64,000 nucleotides of DNA from Octopus vulgaris (lineage: Eukaryota), in the NCBI GenBank assembly GCA_951406725.2, contig OX597817.1, positions 52,452,001-52,516,000 of the forward strand, read 5' to 3'. The notes beneath the pieces were generated by a model. The model saw nothing but the letters and a program-made list of their open reading frames with translations, had not been told where the DNA came from and searched no databases. This document shows positions 62,539 through 64,000 of this stretch, piece after piece; within the stretch, counting starts at the first letter, position 1; each line of letters starts with the position of its first letter. Made by a program: the position numbers and the translations under genes.

Positions 62539-62747
62539 CCCTTTCATTACTGTATTTATTTTGAGATGCTCTGTGTTTCTTTCAATTAATTTTAAATATA
62601 ACAAATAACTTAGTTATCATTAAGCAAGTGTTAGGAACATAAACTGTGACTAAGGTTTGAGGGAAGATTTTAATTCAAAACTTACGAAAACAAGACATTT
62701 GTACTACAGAGCCAGAGGCTGTTTCAGCCGGGTTGGTATCGAAAGGG
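62539..62747. mobile_element. piggyBac-type MITE, opposite orientation to 61010-61224
   Basis: TTAA-CCCTTTCATTAC...GTATCGAAAGGG-TTAA. Confidence 0.8.
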
Positions 62748-63013
62748 TTAATATTTTGGATTAATGGCTATATGTATTGATTAGTGTGTTAAAGTGTTGA
62801 GTAAAGCACTGGCACAGTTTTGGCTACCTGGTGTCATCTGCAGTTTTGGTACATTTCTGTTGGATCTACTTCAGGAATTGCACAGCATTAGACACCAGAT
62901 AGCCCACACCATGCCAGTGCTTTACTCAACACTTCATAATGATTATATATGTGTTGTGTGTAGCTATTGAACTTTGATCCCTGTATCTTGTAATGCTTTA
63001 ATATATCTCCTAA

Positions 63014-63166
<153 letters not shown>

Positions 63167-64000
63167 AAACATAGCTTTACTCAGATTGGTTACACAACAT
63201 TCTGTTTAGTGTGACCATAAGTTATATTTTTACACACACAGAAGAAGACAGTGGAATATATATATATATATATATTCTAAGCTATCCATCTAGTTAAGGT
63301 AAAGGTACTTGGTTGTTAAAGTTTCTCAAATTGCAGCTTTAAATAATTTGCTTTCTAGATTCTCCCTGACTAAATCAGACTGGAGATCATAATCTAAAGG
63401 CATTAAGGGCCCCCACCAAATACTATTCAGATCTAATATTGCTTCAGTTCATTTACCATAAATTCCAGTTATGGTCAATAACCTGAATGTTGTTAAGTGA
63501 ATCTATGAATGTCTAAGAATTCTAAAAAAGATCTGTTTGTCCTTTTTTTTTTTTATATATATATAATTTAGCAGATCTCTTTGGATGTGTTGTTTTTATT
63601 TGCTGTATTTTCTTAAAAACTTCAAACCAAATATAAACCACATTAATCGTTAATCTGAAAGGACCTGTAAAGATTCTGGACATTGTCCTCTCTCTTCTGA
63701 ATACATATGCAGTATTTTGTGGGGGTAGGGCATTATTGAGCATTAAGCAGGTGCTGATAAGAAAAACTCTTGTGAAATGGGTCTAACAAACACCACCATC
63801 TGGTTCTGATATCCCTACTTAAAAATTTGGAAATATTTTCTTGTAGAATGGTATTTGGCATTATTGGAATCTGGAAAAGCAAATCATGAATCAATATGAT
63901 TTTAAGGGCCAAATCTCTCATTGTTGATTTTCACAGTTATTCCATTTTAGGATAAATTAATTATTTTTTTTATCAGATTTTGTTATTAAAAATTTTCAAA

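Overview
Eukaryotic, AT-rich, repeat-dense genomic DNA. The repeat landscape is what I recognise from Octopus (coleoid cephalopod) genomes; this is an inference. Two intact spliced genes are transcribed divergently. MITD1 is on the minus strand (6 coding exons, 21562 to 6964, 241 aa). Glutathione reductase GSR is on the plus strand (13 coding exons, 31670 to 63166, 487 aa, including an inferred 16-nt first coding exon that completes a mitochondrial-type presequence). Introns and the 10-kb intergenic spacer hold several SINE families, RTE-type LINE fragments, a decayed DD36E Tc1 transposon, Tc1/mariner, hAT, piggyBac and Helitron-type non-autonomous elements, a nested young LTR complex plus a solo LTR, an intronic tRNA-Ile and an 18S rRNA fragment. 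The most unusual signal is a set of hammerhead-ribozyme (HHR) repeats with Penelope-like (PLE) inverted insertions. One is a tRNA-headed SINE with a minimal type I HHR that inserts as tails-out inverted pairs inside 12-bp TSDs. Another is a spacer-less ~1-kb palindrome with an intact HHR core on each strand. A third HHR family and a probable PLE GIY-YIG remnant are also present. All coordinates were read by eye and repeat boundaries are approximate.
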